Source of the DNA: Hypanus sabinus
Lineage: Eukaryota
Reading direction: 5' to 3'
Assembly: GCF_030144855.1 (NCBI RefSeq)
Contig: NC_082711.1
Coordinates: 77,314,001 to 77,378,000 of the forward strand
Length of the DNA stretch: 64,000 nucleotides
Part shown: positions 63,961-64,000 of the stretch, piece by piece
How the letters are laid out: the number at the start of each line of letters is the position of its first letter
Position numbering within the stretch: position 1 is the stretch's first letter
The notes under the pieces: model-generated
The model's input: the letters and a program-made list of their open reading frames with translations, nothing else
What the model was told of the DNA's origin: nothing
The model's database searches: none
Program-made: the position numbers and the translations under genes

Positions 63961-64000
63961 CAACAAGTGTTGGGGAACTCCACCTAGTACTGTACTATAA

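Noticed and set aside
1-64000. CRISPR array, operon or prokaryotic defence system
   Set aside because: The sequence is intron-containing vertebrate DNA; no regularly spaced repeat-spacer array was seen.

Overview
Vertebrate genomic DNA, roughly 40% GC by eye, dense in transposon debris. The repeat mix (CR1/HER1-like, Rex-Babar, RTE, Penelope-like, V-SINE-like) suggests a cartilaginous fish, probably a ray; this is an inference. One complete protein-coding gene can be rebuilt: HUS1 (9-1-1 checkpoint clamp subunit), minus strand, 8 coding exons from ATG 62880 to TAA 41577, 855 nt / 284 aa, all GT-AG introns with consistent phases. A second CpG-rich promoter at ~20.5-22.5 kb probably drives another minus-strand gene. 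Its clearest exon (12278-12395) encodes a WSC-like Cys motif; synteny suggests PKD1L1, unconfirmed. The most notable non-genic structures are: (i) a TSD-flanked, 5'-inverted Penelope-like element in HUS1 intron 4 with two opposed minimal hammerhead-ribozyme cores, with more degenerate cores across the window; (ii) a 67-bp-arm fold-back of the same repeat beside the second promoter; (iii) a two-LTR Gypsy element with TSD, PBS and PPT in HUS1 intron 6; (iv) nested LINE-in-LINE insertions, a SINE/RTE shared tail, and tiny hAT and Tc1 MITEs. No prokaryotic features, CRISPR arrays, rRNA or functional tRNA genes were seen. I found no clearly new biological system; the hammerhead/PLE structures and the WSC-like exon are the best leads. 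Coordinates of old repeats are approximate.
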